This document shows, one piece after another, positions 15,621 through 25,811 of a stretch of DNA of 64,000 nucleotides (its first letter is position 1; the number at the start of each line of letters is the position of its first letter). The position numbers were made by a program, and so were the translations under genes. This DNA is from Alphaproteobacteria bacterium. Lineage in GTDB: Bacteria; Pseudomonadota; Alphaproteobacteria; SP197. The stretch is from assembly GCA_965228895.1 (NCBI GenBank), contig OZ245842.1, positions 1,120,001-1,184,000 of the forward strand, written 5' to 3'. Under the pieces are notes generated by a model. It did no database searches, was not told the DNA's origin, and saw only the letters and a program-made list of their open reading frames with translations.

Positions 15621-18038
15621 CTAGCCGCGCAACCTCTCGTTTGCCGGATCGAACAAGGGCTCGGGTTCCACTCGGGCCGGGCGCATATCACCCAGGATCT
15701 CGATCGCGAAACCGTCGGCGGTGACGTCGACATCCGGATTGAGGTAGGCGAGCGCGATGCTTTTGTCGACCACATGGCCATAGCCGCCCGACGAGACGAC
15801 GCCGGCGACCTCGCCGTTCAGCAGCACCGGTTCGTTAGCCCAGCAGTCGGCGTCGTCGGCGTCGACGGTCATGGTGACGAGTTTCCAGCGCAGGCCCTGG
15901 TTATGGCTCGCGATCAAACCGGCGCGGCCGATGAAGTCGCCCTTGTCCAGCTTGACGAACCGGTCGAGGCCGGCCTCGAAGGGCGTGGTGTCGGCGGTGA
16001 ACTCCATGCCCCAGCGCCCGTAGCTCTTCTCGAGCCTCAGGCTATCGAGCGCCCGGCCACCGGCGAGCGACAGGCCCATATCGGCGCCGGCCTTCCGCAG
16101 GGTGTCGTAGACATGCATCTGGTATTCGGCGGGCATGTGGAGCTCGTAGCCGAGATCGCCGGTGAACGAGACGCGCATCACCCGGCACGGCGCCATGCCG
16201 ACATCCATGTCGCGGGCGGTCATGAAGGGCATGGCCTCAGCAGATACGTCGTCGCGGGTCACCGCGGACAGCAGGTCGCGCGACAGCGGCCCGGCGATCG
16301 CCAGACCGGCGCGTTCCGTTGTCTCCGAGCGAATGGTGACACCGGAGGGCGGCATGTGCTCGTCCCACCAGCGGCGGTGGAAGCGCTCGGCGGTGCCGCC
16401 GCCGACCACATAGAAGCACTCCGGCCCCAGCCGTGTCAGGGTGAAATCGCCGATGATGCCGCCCTTGGCGTTCAGCATCGGCGCCAGCACCATGCGCCCG
16501 GTCTTCTGCGGTATGCGGCAGGCGAGCACGCGGTCCAGGAACGCTTCGGCGCCCGGGCCTTCGACCAGGTATTTGGCGAAGGTCGAGATCTCCAGCATGC
16601 CGACGCCCGCGCGCAGCGCCCGGCATTCCTCGCCGACCGGTTCGAACCAGTTGGGGCGGCGGAAGCTCAGGATGTCGCGGCCTTCGACGCCGTTCTTGGC
16701 GAACCATAGCGGCCGCTCGAAGCCATAGGCCGAGCCGAACACCGCACCTTCTTCCTTGAGCCGGTCATAGACCGGCGAGGTGCGTAGCGGCCGTCCCGCC
16801 GGACGTTCCTCGGCCGGGAACGCAATGGCGAAGCGCATGCCGTAGTTCTCGGCCGACTTGACGAGGGTGTAGCTCTTGGTCGCCCATTCGCCGAAACGCG
16901 CGACATCCATCGGGAAGAGATCGAGCGGCGGGCTGCCTTCGACGATCCATTCGGCGAGTGCCCAGCCGACACCGGCGCTTTCCGAAAAGCCGGGGATCAT
17001 GCCGCAGGCAACGAAGTGGTTGCTCAGCCCCGGCATCGGCCCGATCAGCACCGTGCTATCCGGTGAATACATCATGGGCCCATTGACGACGCGCTTGATG
17101 CCGGCATTGGCAAAGCACGGCACCAGCGCGATCGCCGCTTCCATATTGGGCATCATACGTTCGATGTCGTCGGGCAAGAGCTCCTGGGCGAAATCCATCG
17201 GCGTGCCGTCGATCGACCAGTGGCGGCCGTGGCGTTCGTAGGCGCCGAGCAACAGGCCGTCGCGTTCCTGGCGCAGATAGAACTCGCCGTCCTGGTCGCG
17301 GGTCAGCGGAATTTCGAAATCCAGCGCGGCGACTTCCGGTACCGTCTCGGTCACCACGTATTGATGCTCCATGGGCACGAGCGGCAGGCGGTAGCCGGCC
17401 ATGGCGGCGACCTCGCGGGCCCAAAGGCCGGCGACATTGATGACGATCTCCGCGTGCACCGTGCCCTTGGGCGTCGCGACATCCCAGGTGCCGTCCGGGC
17501 GCTGCGACAGGGCTTCGACCGGGCACTGGCGTTCGATCGCCGCGCCGCCCATACGCGCACCCTTGGCAAAGGCGTGGGTGACGCCACTGGGATCGACATG
17601 GCCGTCGTCGGGACCGTACATGCCGCCCAAGACCCGCTCGGTATCGACGAGCGGGTTGATCTTTTTGATGTCCTCGACGCCGACCATCTCCAGATCGATG
17701 CCCAAATAGCGGGCACGGGCGCGTTGGACCTTCAGCTCGTCCAGGCGGTCCTGACTGGTCGCCAGATAAATGCCGCCGCAGCGGTGCAGCCCGACCGACT
17801 GCTCGGTCTCTTCTTCCAGCTTGCTGTAGAGCTTGAGCGTGTAGTCATGCAGCCGCGCGATGCTGGCATTGGCGTGCATGGCGTGAATGTTCGCGGCGGC
17901 ATGCCAGGTCGAGCCGGCGGTCAGCTCGGCGCGTTCCAGGAGCATGATGTCCGACCAGCCGAGTTTGGTCAGGTGGTAGAGGATGCTGCATCCAAGAACG
18001 CCGCCGCCGATGACGACGGCTCGGGTTTCGGTTTTCAT
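15621..18038 (-). CDS. Dimethylglycine/sarcosine dehydrogenase-like GcvT-family flavoprotein
   Basis: VVIGGGVLG, ELTAGSTWHAA, plus C-terminal folate-binding domain (SFTGDLGYELH, LRLEKSY); start at MKTETR. Confidence 0.93.
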   Translation of the reverse strand: MKTETRAVVIGGGVLGCSILYHLTKLGWSDIMLLERAELTAGSTWHAAANIHAMHANASIARLHDYTLKLYSKLEEETEQSVGLHRCGGIYLATSQDRLDELKVQRARARYLGIDLEMVGVEDIKKINPLVDTERVLGGMYGPDDGHVDPSGVTHAFAKGARMGGAAIERQCPVEALSQRPDGTWDVATPKGTVHAEIVINVAGLWAREVAAMAGYRLPLVPMEHQYVVTETVPEVAALDFEIPLTRDQDGEFYLRQERDGLLLGAYERHGRHWSIDGTPMDFAQELLPDDIERMMPNMEAAIALVPCFANAGIKRVVNGPMMYSPDSTVLIGPMPGLSNHFVACGMIPGFSESAGVGWALAEWIVEGSPPLDLFPMDVARFGEWATKSYTLVKSAENYGMRFAIAFPAEERPAGRPLRTSPVYDRLKEEGAVFGSAYGFERPLWFAKNGVEGRDILSFRRPNWFEPVGEECRALRAGVGMLEISTFAKYLVEGPGAEAFLDRVLACRIPQKTGRMVLAPMLNAKGGIIGDFTLTRLGPECFYVVGGGTAERFHRRWWDEHMPPSGVTIRSETTERAGLAIAGPLSRDLLSAVTRDDVSAEAMPFMTARDMDVGMAPCRVMRVSFTGDLGYELHMPAEYQMHVYDTLRKAGADMGLSLAGGRALDSLRLEKSYGRWGMEFTADTTPFEAGLDRFVKLDKGDFIGRAGLIASHNQGLRWKLVTMTVDADDADCWANEPVLLNGEVAGVVSSGGYGHVVDKSIALAYLNPDVDVTADGFAIEILGDMRPARVEPEPLFDPANERLRG

Positions 18039-18202
18039 GGGGCGAGGGGGCTCTCTTTGGTTTGATCGCGTTATGCTGCCGCAGTCGCGGGCCCACGCAT
18101 AGCCCAAAGCCGCCCTGAAGTGCCCAAACGCGCCAAAGAGATTTCCTCTCGGCCCCGATCTGCTCTAAAGCTGGAGGGTCGATCCAATCCACCCGTTCCT
18201 AT

Positions 18203-19420
18203 GTGATGCCCGATAAGCCGCACGCGATAGCCAGCGAGGATGCGCCGCCGACGCCGGCACGGCGCCCGCTGCTGATCATCCTGATCCTGGTCGCGGCGAT
18301 GGGGCCGCTGGCGCTGCAAATCCTGGTACCGTCCATGCCGGGGCTGGTCGAGGTCTTCGCGCAGCCCTATCACATCGTGCAGCTCTCTTTGATGCTGTTC
18401 CTGATCGGGTTGGCGGTGGCACAGCTTGTCTACGGGCCGCTGTCAGACCGGTTCGGCCGCCGCCCGGTCATGCTGGCGGGAATCGGAATCTATCTGGTCG
18501 GCACGCTGGTCTGCATGATCGCGCCGACGATCGAGGTCCTGCTGGCCGGACGTGTCATGCAGGCGGTCGGCGGCTGCGCCGGCATGGTGCTGAGCCGGGC
18601 GATCGTCCGGGACCTCTACGAGCGTGACAGGGCGGCCAGCATGATCGCCTATATCACGGTCGCCATGGTCGTCGCGCCGATGATCGGTCCGATCATCGGC
18701 AGCACGCTCGACCTGTGGTTCGGCTGGCAGGCGGTGTTCGGCTTTGTGCTCGCCTATGGCGTCCTGGTCATGAGCGTGTGCCTGTTCGGCCTGCACGAGA
18801 CCTTGAAGTCGCGCGCCGTGTTGTCGCGCAGCGCGGACCTGATCGGCGGGTTCGGTTACCTGCTGCGTTCGCGCGCATTCCTGGGCTACAGCCTGCAGGT
18901 CAGTTTCACGTCCGGCACCTTCTTCAGCTTCCTGGGTGGCGCCGCCTATGTCGTTGTCGATGTCCTGGGCGGCACGGCGGTCGACTACGGCATATGGTTC
19001 CTGGTCATTTCGGCGGGGTACATGTCCGGCAACTTTGTTGCCGGGCGCATCACGCCGCGCGTCGGCTCCGACCTGATGATCACGTTCGGTACGCTGATTT
19101 CGATGCTGGGTACGATCGTACTTCTGGTCGTGACGCTGGCCGGCGGACTGACCATTGCGTCCCTGTTCATCGTTTGCATCAGCGTCTCGTTCGGCAACGG
19201 ATTTGCCATGCCCAACGGCTTCGCCGGTGCGGTCAGTGTTGACCCCAATCGCGCCGGCGCCGCGTCGGGACTGTGCGGTTTCATGCAGATGACCATCAGC
19301 GCCGCCATGATGCGCTTTGTCGGCGTCTGGCTGGACGAAACTGCGCTGCCCATGGTGGCGATGATGCTGACCGGCGCGATCCTCGCTTTTCTCGTTCATC
19401 AATGGGGCACGCGACGCTGA
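18203..19420 (+). CDS. Bcr/CflA-family MFS efflux transporter
   Basis: GPLSDRFGRRPV motif A, RAIVRDLY, about 12 hydrophobic segments. Confidence 0.92.
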   Translation: MMPDKPHAIASEDAPPTPARRPLLIILILVAAMGPLALQILVPSMPGLVEVFAQPYHIVQLSLMLFLIGLAVAQLVYGPLSDRFGRRPVMLAGIGIYLVGTLVCMIAPTIEVLLAGRVMQAVGGCAGMVLSRAIVRDLYERDRAASMIAYITVAMVVAPMIGPIIGSTLDLWFGWQAVFGFVLAYGVLVMSVCLFGLHETLKSRAVLSRSADLIGGFGYLLRSRAFLGYSLQVSFTSGTFFSFLGGAAYVVVDVLGGTAVDYGIWFLVISAGYMSGNFVAGRITPRVGSDLMITFGTLISMLGTIVLLVVTLAGGLTIASLFIVCISVSFGNGFAMPNGFAGAVSVDPNRAGAASGLCGFMQMTISAAMMRFVGVWLDETALPMVAMMLTGAILAFLVHQWGTRR

Positions 19421-19479
19421 CAGCCCCGACCGGCGCCCTTATGATGCACCGCAACATAACCCTGTGAGATGGTGGCGAG

Positions 19480-20460
19480 GTGGCGATGAAGGCTGTGAGG
19501 TGTGTTGAACTGGGCGGGCCCGACAAGCTGACGATCCAGGATTTACCCGTGCCGGAGCCCGGTGTGGATCAGGTCCGGCTCAAGGTCGCCGGTTGCGGTG
19601 TCAACTTTGCCGACTCCCTGATCATCCAGGGCAAGTACCAGCATAAGCCGGACCTGCCTTTTACGCCTGGCATGGAGGTTGGCGGCACGATTACCGCGAT
19701 CGGCGCTGGTGTTGAGACGCTCAAACCCGGCCAGACGGTGATCGGCATGACGGGAACCGGCGGGTTCGCCGAGGAGGTCGTGTGTCCGGCACGCGATGTG
19801 ATGGTCTGCCCTGACGGCCTGGATCCGGTCATCGCGGCATCGCTGCCCGTGGCCTACGGCACGGCCCATCTTGGTCTCGATCACCGTGCCCGCCTGCAGC
19901 CCGGCGAGACGCTTCTGGTGCATGGTGCCTCCGGCGGCGTCGGGCTGGCCGCGGTCGAGGTCGGCAAGGCCATGGGCGCCACGGTCATCGCCACGGCGAG
20001 CAGCGCCGACAAGCTTGCGATTGCCCGGGAGCACGGCGCCGATCACCTGATCAACTATGCGGACGGCCCGTTCAAGGATGAGGTCAAGGCGCTGACGGAC
20101 GGGCGCGGCGCCGATGTCATCTTCGATCCCGTCGGCGGCGACGTCTTCGATCAATCCCTGCGCTGCATCGCTTGGGAGGGCCGTTTGCTGGTCGTCGGGT
20201 TTGCCTCCGGCCGTATCCCCGAGGCGCCGGCCAACCTGACCCTGGTCAAGAACATGGCCATCATGGGGGTTTTCTGGGGCGCCTACCGCGAGAAGGATCC
20301 GGCGGTCATGACCGCCTCGTTCGCGACGTTGTCGGACTGGCTGATGGCCGGAAAGTTGAGACCGTTGGTGTCGAAGACCTACGGACTCGACGACACCGCC
20401 CAGGCGATCACCGATTTGATGGAGCGCCGAGCGAAGGGCAAAATCGTCGTGACGCCCTAG
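19480..20460 (+). CDS. NADPH:quinone oxidoreductase (MDR family)
   Basis: GVNFAD...PFTPGME, VHGASGGVG, GKIVV. Confidence 0.93.
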   Translation: MAMKAVRCVELGGPDKLTIQDLPVPEPGVDQVRLKVAGCGVNFADSLIIQGKYQHKPDLPFTPGMEVGGTITAIGAGVETLKPGQTVIGMTGTGGFAEEVVCPARDVMVCPDGLDPVIAASLPVAYGTAHLGLDHRARLQPGETLLVHGASGGVGLAAVEVGKAMGATVIATASSADKLAIAREHGADHLINYADGPFKDEVKALTDGRGADVIFDPVGGDVFDQSLRCIAWEGRLLVVGFASGRIPEAPANLTLVKNMAIMGVFWGAYREKDPAVMTASFATLSDWLMAGKLRPLVSKTYGLDDTAQAITDLMERRAKGKIVVTP

Positions 20461-20483
20461 ACCGTCTCGTTAGCGGCGGCCTT

Positions 20484-21296
20484 CTAGCCGCGATCAGGCC
20501 ACGCTGCGATGATCGCGGACAACAGGGCGCTGACATCCTCGGCGGCAGCTGCGGCCGTTTCCATGACTTCTTCGGCGCTGGGCGGTGTGTCGACCAGGCC
20601 TGCTGCCATATTGGTCATCAGGGAGAGGCCGAGGACACGCAGGCCCGCCTGGCGCGCGGCGATAACCTCCTGCACCGTCGACATGCCGACGGCATCCGCC
20701 CCCAGGGTGCGAAAGGCGCGGATCTCCGCCGGCGTCTCGAAGCTGGGCCCGGTTACCGCCAGATAGACGCCTTCGGCGAGCGGCACGTCGTGCGCGCGAG
20801 CGACGCGGTGCGCAAGCTGACGTAGCTCGCCGTCATAGGCGTCGTTCATCGGTACAAAGCGTTCGCCGTGGGCGGGGTCGTGGGGGCCGGCCAGCGTGTT
20901 CGCGCCCTGCAGATTGATGTGGTCGTTGATCACCATGATTTGGCCCGGCGGCGTCTCGGGGTCGAGCGATCCCGCTGCGTTGGTGACGATCAGGCCCTGG
21001 CAGCCGAGGTCGGCGAGCGTGCGGATGGGAACGGCGAGTTGGGTTGGAGCGACGCCTTCATAGAGGTGGGCGCGGCCGTTGAGGCAGACGACCGCGCGCC
21101 CGCCGATCGCGCCCAGGACCAGTTCGCCCGGGTGGGTCTGGTTGGTGCAGAGAGGAAATCCATCGAGCTCGCGATAGGGAATGCGGACGATGGATTCCAG
21201 GTGTTCCGCGAAACCGGCGAGGCCCGAACCCAGGACAAGGCCGATCTCAGGGACAAGGCCTGTCGATCGATCGCGTATCTGTTCGGTGGCCCTCAT
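20484..21296 (-). CDS. punA: Purine-nucleoside phosphorylase (trimeric PNP-I type)
   Basis: [37 protein letters not shown]. Confidence 0.92.
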   Translation of the reverse strand: MRATEQIRDRSTGLVPEIGLVLGSGLAGFAEHLESIVRIPYRELDGFPLCTNQTHPGELVLGAIGGRAVVCLNGRAHLYEGVAPTQLAVPIRTLADLGCQGLIVTNAAGSLDPETPPGQIMVINDHINLQGANTLAGPHDPAHGERFVPMNDAYDGELRQLAHRVARAHDVPLAEGVYLAVTGPSFETPAEIRAFRTLGADAVGMSTVQEVIAARQAGLRVLGLSLMTNMAAGLVDTPPSAEEVMETAAAAAEDVSALLSAIIAAWPDRG

Positions 21297-21775
21297 TCCC
21301 CGCCGAGGCGTTCCGCGACAGGCCGCGCATAGTGCAGCTCGGTATCCCAGGGAAAGTGAATCCAGGTGTCCTGGCTGACCTCGGTCAAAAACAGGTCGAC
21401 CAGCGGCCGGCCTTCCGGCTTGGCGTAGACGGTGGCAAAAAACGCCTTGGGCAGCATGTCGCGGACGACGCGGGCGGTCTTGCCCGTATCGACGAGGTCG
21501 TCGATCAGGAGCGTGCCTTCACCGTCGCCAACGACGCCCTTCAAGATGCTCATCTCGCCCTGGTTTTGATGGTCGTAGGACGCGATGCAGACGGTGTCGA
21601 CCAGACGAATGTCGAGCTCGCGCGCGACAATCGCCGCCGGCACCAGGCCGCCGCGCGTGATGGCGACAATGCGCGACCATGACCCCATGCCGTTCAGACG
21701 CCACGACAGGGCGCGCGTATCGCGGTGCAGCTGGTCCCAGGAAACGGCGAAATTTTTGTCCGGCGGCATGTCCAT
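21293..21775 (-). CDS. gpt: Xanthine-guanine phosphoribosyltransferase
   Basis: [32 protein letters not shown] motif, [10 protein letters not shown]. Confidence 0.95.
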   Translation of the reverse strand: MDMPPDKNFAVSWDQLHRDTRALSWRLNGMGSWSRIVAITRGGLVPAAIVARELDIRLVDTVCIASYDHQNQGEMSILKGVVGDGEGTLLIDDLVDTGKTARVVRDMLPKAFFATVYAKPEGRPLVDLFLTEVSQDTWIHFPWDTELHYARPVAERLGGE

Positions 21776-21925
21776 GACCGCCTGTGTAGCGTCCCGCGCA
21801 CCGAGTCGTAAAGGTGCTGGGCCAGTTTGATCGGCGACCGCCACGAATCTGCTTTTCCCGGCCCGCATTTGGTGAAACGTTTCGAGTCTTAAGAGGCTGG
21901 GAAGACACCGGAAGGGCATTGAGCC

Positions 21926-22906
21926 ATGAGCGAACAGGCGCTATCGGCCCAGCCGCGCGACGAAACGGTCAAGGGCATCGTATTCCTGCTGGTCGCGATC
22001 GCCATTTTCTCGATCCAGGACGTGATCGTGAAAGAGATGAGCGATACCTATCCGGTGTTGGAGTTCGTCTTCGTTCGCTCGGCCGCGTCGCTGTTGCCGG
22101 TCGTTCTGCTGGTTTGGCTTGAGACACGCGGCAAGGGATTCAAGACCCAGAGGCCCTGGCTCCACACGATACGCGGCCTTGTTATGGTGCTGGCCTATAC
22201 GAACTACTACCTCGCCGTTGCCTCGATGCCGCTGGCGGCTGCCGTGGCGGTGTTTTTTGCCGGTCCGCTTTTTGTCACCGCGATTTCCGGTTTGATCATG
22301 CGCGAACCGGTCGGGCCGCGACGCTGGACGGCCGTGATTTTCGGTTTCATCGGCGTCTTGGTTATCGCCCGGCCCGGATTCGGTGTGTTCGAGTTGGGGG
22401 CCGTCTTCGCGGTCTTTTCGGCGCTCTGCTATGCGGTCGGCATGGTGATCACGCGGCAATTGGGACGCACCGACAGCGGCGCCGCCATGGTGCTGTCCCA
22501 GTCGCTTGTCTATTTGATCGTGGCGGGTATCGCCGGTCTCGCCATGCAGGATATTGCCGTCGAGCACGATGCCCACGCGGGCATTCAGTTTTTGCTGCGC
22601 GGCTGGGTCATGCCCGACTGGGAGGGCATTGGCCTCATGGTCTTGTGTGGCCTGATCGCGACGGTCGGATTCTACGGCATCGCCCAGGCCTACCGAATAG
22701 GCGCTTCCAGTGCTGTCGCGCCGTTCGAGTACAGCGGCATCCTGTGGGGCACGTTCTGGGGCTTTGCCATCTGGACGGAGGTGCCCGACTTTTGGACCGT
22801 GGTCGGCATCATCATCATTGTCGCCAGTGGCATCTACGTACTGCGTCGCGAGGCTCTCGTCGGACGCAAGGTCGTTACCGGGCGCAGTTTGCGTAACCGC
22901 ATGTAG
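21926..22906 (+). CDS. DMT/EamA-family transporter
   Basis: About 10 TM segments; EPVGPRRW and VAPFEYS motifs. Confidence 0.9.
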   Translation: MSEQALSAQPRDETVKGIVFLLVAIAIFSIQDVIVKEMSDTYPVLEFVFVRSAASLLPVVLLVWLETRGKGFKTQRPWLHTIRGLVMVLAYTNYYLAVASMPLAAAVAVFFAGPLFVTAISGLIMREPVGPRRWTAVIFGFIGVLVIARPGFGVFELGAVFAVFSALCYAVGMVITRQLGRTDSGAAMVLSQSLVYLIVAGIAGLAMQDIAVEHDAHAGIQFLLRGWVMPDWEGIGLMVLCGLIATVGFYGIAQAYRIGASSAVAPFEYSGILWGTFWGFAIWTEVPDFWTVVGIIIIVASGIYVLRREALVGRKVVTGRSLRNRM

Positions 22907-22918
22907 CAGGGATCTGCT

Positions 22919-23596
22919 CTAGGGCAGGCGAAACGCTTCGGGTACAAAGAAGATGTGGTCATCGCCTTGGACGTGTGCGGCAAGGTGACATGTGATGCAG
23001 TACTCGACGCGCTTGGCGCCGTCGCCCAGGGTCTGGCCATAGACCGTGCCGTCGGCCAGAACCAGCGTGTAGCGCCAGTTGCCGGAGACGTAGTTGAAGC
23101 CATCGTCCATCTTTTCCATGATGAACAGCGGTCCGGCTTCGACCACACCGTCCTCGGTGACGGTGAAGCTGTCTTTGACCAGGACCGATCCCGCCGGCAA
23201 GACGCCTGCGTCCTCGTAGAGGCCGTATGCATCCGCCTTGGCGTTTGCATAGTTGTTGACGAAACGCTGTCCGTGGGTTGCCGAACGGTAGGGCGCGGTG
23301 TTGAACCGCTGCCACGACCGGTACATCGTTGCGATGTCGAGCGGCGACATCGAGAGCACCGCCTCCATGCCGGGCGTCAGTTCATCATAGATCGCTTGAG
23401 CTTCCGGTCCACTCAGCGTCGCCGGATCGGTAACGCGGCTGTGCCGGCGTGGTTCGTCGGGATCGCCGCTGAAGTCTGAATCCGAGTACTGGATCGTGCT
23501 GCTGTCCTGCGCGGTCACGTCGACCGTAACCTGTAAAAAAACCAGGGTACCCAGGACGACCATGACTTGGCGCAAAAGCACGGTGGTTGACCTCAC
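22919..23596 (-). CDS. Cytochrome P460 / c'-beta family protein
   Basis: Signal peptide; GSVLVKDS, LFIMEK, GNWRY motifs and C-terminal CITCH heme motif. Confidence 0.8.
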   Translation of the reverse strand: MRSTTVLLRQVMVVLGTLVFLQVTVDVTAQDSSTIQYSDSDFSGDPDEPRRHSRVTDPATLSGPEAQAIYDELTPGMEAVLSMSPLDIATMYRSWQRFNTAPYRSATHGQRFVNNYANAKADAYGLYEDAGVLPAGSVLVKDSFTVTEDGVVEAGPLFIMEKMDDGFNYVSGNWRYTLVLADGTVYGQTLGDGAKRVEYCITCHLAAHVQGDDHIFFVPEAFRLP

Positions 23597-23749
23597 GAGG
23601 ACAGAGCGCCCACGACCACAACGATAGCGCGTTTACCGTTCACATAGGCTTCAACGCTTGGTAAGCGGCCCGTGACATCACGTTCGTGTGTACGAGACCC
23701 TTGACGCTCACAATCCGTGCGCCATGCTGCCGCCAGCTAGTGCGAGGAG

Positions 23750-24682
23750 ATGACCATGAGCGAACGGCCGAACGAACGCGTGGCCTATTTCAACGGCGAG
23801 ATCGTACCGGAAAGCCATGTGGTCGTGCCGTTCCGTGACAGAGGTTTCCGTTGGGGCGATGGCGCGTTCGACACCGAGCGCACGGTCAACGGCAAGATCT
23901 TCAAACTGCGGCCGCACATCGACCGCCTGTTTCGTTCGCTGCGTTACCTCAGGATCGAGATCGACGAAACGCGTGACGAAATCGCCGCGGCGACCGAGGA
24001 GGTGGTCGCCAGGAACCTGTCGCTGTTGCCGGAAGGCGAAGACTACTGGGTCTACCAAAACGTCTCGCGTGGCGCCGACTGGATCGGCGACGAACCGAAC
24101 CTGCGCAAGGGTCCGACCGTGATCGTGCATGTCCAGCCGCTGCCGCTGCGATCGCGCGCGGCCCTGTTTCGCGACGGCATTGAATTGATGGTGTCGCCGA
24201 TCCGCCGCACGCCGCCGGAAGCGCAAAGCCCGCGCGCCAAGCTGACCAACTACATCAACGTCACGCTGGCCGACATGCATGTGAAGTCGCAGAACCCGCA
24301 AGCCTGGGCGGCACTGCTCGACGTCAACGGCAATCTGAACGAAGGCACCGGACAGAACATGTTTCTGGTGCGCGACGGCGGGTTGCTGACGCCGCGCGGC
24401 GAAATGGTGCTGGAGGGCGTCAGCCGTCAGACGGTGTTCGAACTGGCCGAGACATGCGGCATTCCCGTGCGCGAGGCTGATCTCGACCTGTTCGATGCCT
24501 ATACGGCGGACGAGGCCTTTCTGTCATCGACCAGCCTGTGCATTTGCCCGGTCAGAAGCGTCGACAACCGGCCGCTCGCCAACCCGGCCATTCCGGGACC
24601 GGTCACGCGACGCCTGATGGATGCTTACAAGGACCTGCTCGACTTCGACTTTGAACAGCAATACCTGCAGTTCCTAAACTGA
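23750..24682 (+). CDS. Class IV PLP aminotransferase (BCAT/DAT-like)
   Basis: DRGFRWGDGAFDT, AKLTNY (PLP Lys), EGTGQN, LEGVSRQ, ADEAFL. Confidence 0.92.
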   Translation: MTMSERPNERVAYFNGEIVPESHVVVPFRDRGFRWGDGAFDTERTVNGKIFKLRPHIDRLFRSLRYLRIEIDETRDEIAAATEEVVARNLSLLPEGEDYWVYQNVSRGADWIGDEPNLRKGPTVIVHVQPLPLRSRAALFRDGIELMVSPIRRTPPEAQSPRAKLTNYINVTLADMHVKSQNPQAWAALLDVNGNLNEGTGQNMFLVRDGGLLTPRGEMVLEGVSRQTVFELAETCGIPVREADLDLFDAYTADEAFLSSTSLCICPVRSVDNRPLANPAIPGPVTRRLMDAYKDLLDFDFEQQYLQFLN

Positions 24683-25060
24683 CGTGTCGTCCTCGTCAGG
24701 ATCTTCTTCGTCATCCATGCCTGCCGGTGCGTTGGTGACGTAGATGTCGCCGTCCTTTTCGACCAGCAGGATGTCGCCTTCGATGCGATCGTCCGCGTCG
24801 GCGGCTTCGTTCAGCAGGAACCATACGGTTGCCGTCGCGGCGATCTGCGCTTCCAGGATGTTCTCGTCGATCAGTTCCTCGCCGATCCGGACATTGGCGC
24901 TGAGCATCGCGAGCGCCTTTTCGAACGCCTCGTCCAGGTCCGTGTCACCGCCGGAGAGATTGCTGGCGACGGTCTGGTAGTGCAGGTCGTCGACTTCGAA
25001 CAGGAAGGTCTCGCGACCTTCGTCGTCATCACCGAGGTTATAGTAAACGCGACGTGACAT
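24674..25060 (-). CDS. Acidic hypothetical protein
   Basis: 128-aa ORF with host-like codon usage, very D/E-rich. Confidence 0.7.
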   Translation of the reverse strand: MSRRVYYNLGDDDEGRETFLFEVDDLHYQTVASNLSGGDTDLDEAFEKALAMLSANVRIGEELIDENILEAQIAATATVWFLLNEAADADDRIEGDILLVEKDGDIYVTNAPAGMDDEEDPDEDDTSV

Positions 25061-25085
25061 ACGCTTTGCCTAACGCTGGCCTAGT

Positions 25086-25736
25086 CTAAGGTGCGGAGTC
25101 GGACGACTGCGCGAACGAGATGGCGGGCATCACGTCATCCGGTGACCAACCGCCCACCCAGTCGTCGAGCGCCACGATCTCCGGCGGGACGCCATTGCCG
25201 TGGAACCATGAGTCGACGACATAGAGTTCGCCGGCGTCGACCTCGGCCAGGACGGCAGTCGTGTGCGGCCAGCCGTTGATGAAGAAACCGCGCGACACCG
25301 GGACACGGGGTTCGTGCCAACGCAGCAGCCCGGCTTCCTTCAGCATCACGAGATAGGTCGTCGTGTTGATCGTCTCGTCGATGCAGTCCTGCTGACCGGC
25401 TTCGCCGAACCCTTCAAACGTGCCGCCGACGTCTTCACCGGTCGGGGTCTTTTCGCCGACCGCCAGCTCGATGCCCGCAATCACCTCGGCGATAAGCCGA
25501 CGTTCCTCGGCGGCGCTTTCCGGCGGCTCCTGAAGCGGCGCCACCAGGTCATCCCATTCCCGCGTCAGGCTGACTCGCTCACTCAGCCGGCAGCCATAGC
25601 CGTGGCAAACGTTGAAGTTCGATGGCTTGGGGTCTTTGGCGGTGTGGCGTGCCAGATATTCCTCCGCCGGCCGTGACGTGGTCACGCAGGCGGTCAGCGC
25701 CAGGGCGCACAGGAATAGCGGAATGAGACGTATCAT
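25086..25736 (-). CDS. Putative lipoprotein (possible papain/transglutaminase-like Cys-His-Asp fold)
   Basis: MIRLIPLFLCALALTAC lipobox; motifs CHGYGC, QQDCIDE, WPHTTAV, VVDSW. Confidence 0.8.
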   Translation of the reverse strand: MIRLIPLFLCALALTACVTTSRPAEEYLARHTAKDPKPSNFNVCHGYGCRLSERVSLTREWDDLVAPLQEPPESAAEERRLIAEVIAGIELAVGEKTPTGEDVGGTFEGFGEAGQQDCIDETINTTTYLVMLKEAGLLRWHEPRVPVSRGFFINGWPHTTAVLAEVDAGELYVVDSWFHGNGVPPEIVALDDWVGGWSPDDVMPAISFAQSSDSAP

Positions 25737-25811
25737 GGGAAACCGCTGAAAACCGCCTTTTTTGGAGTGCCCGGGGGCGCCGATGCTAGGCCGCCCGACC
25801 GGACGACGCAA

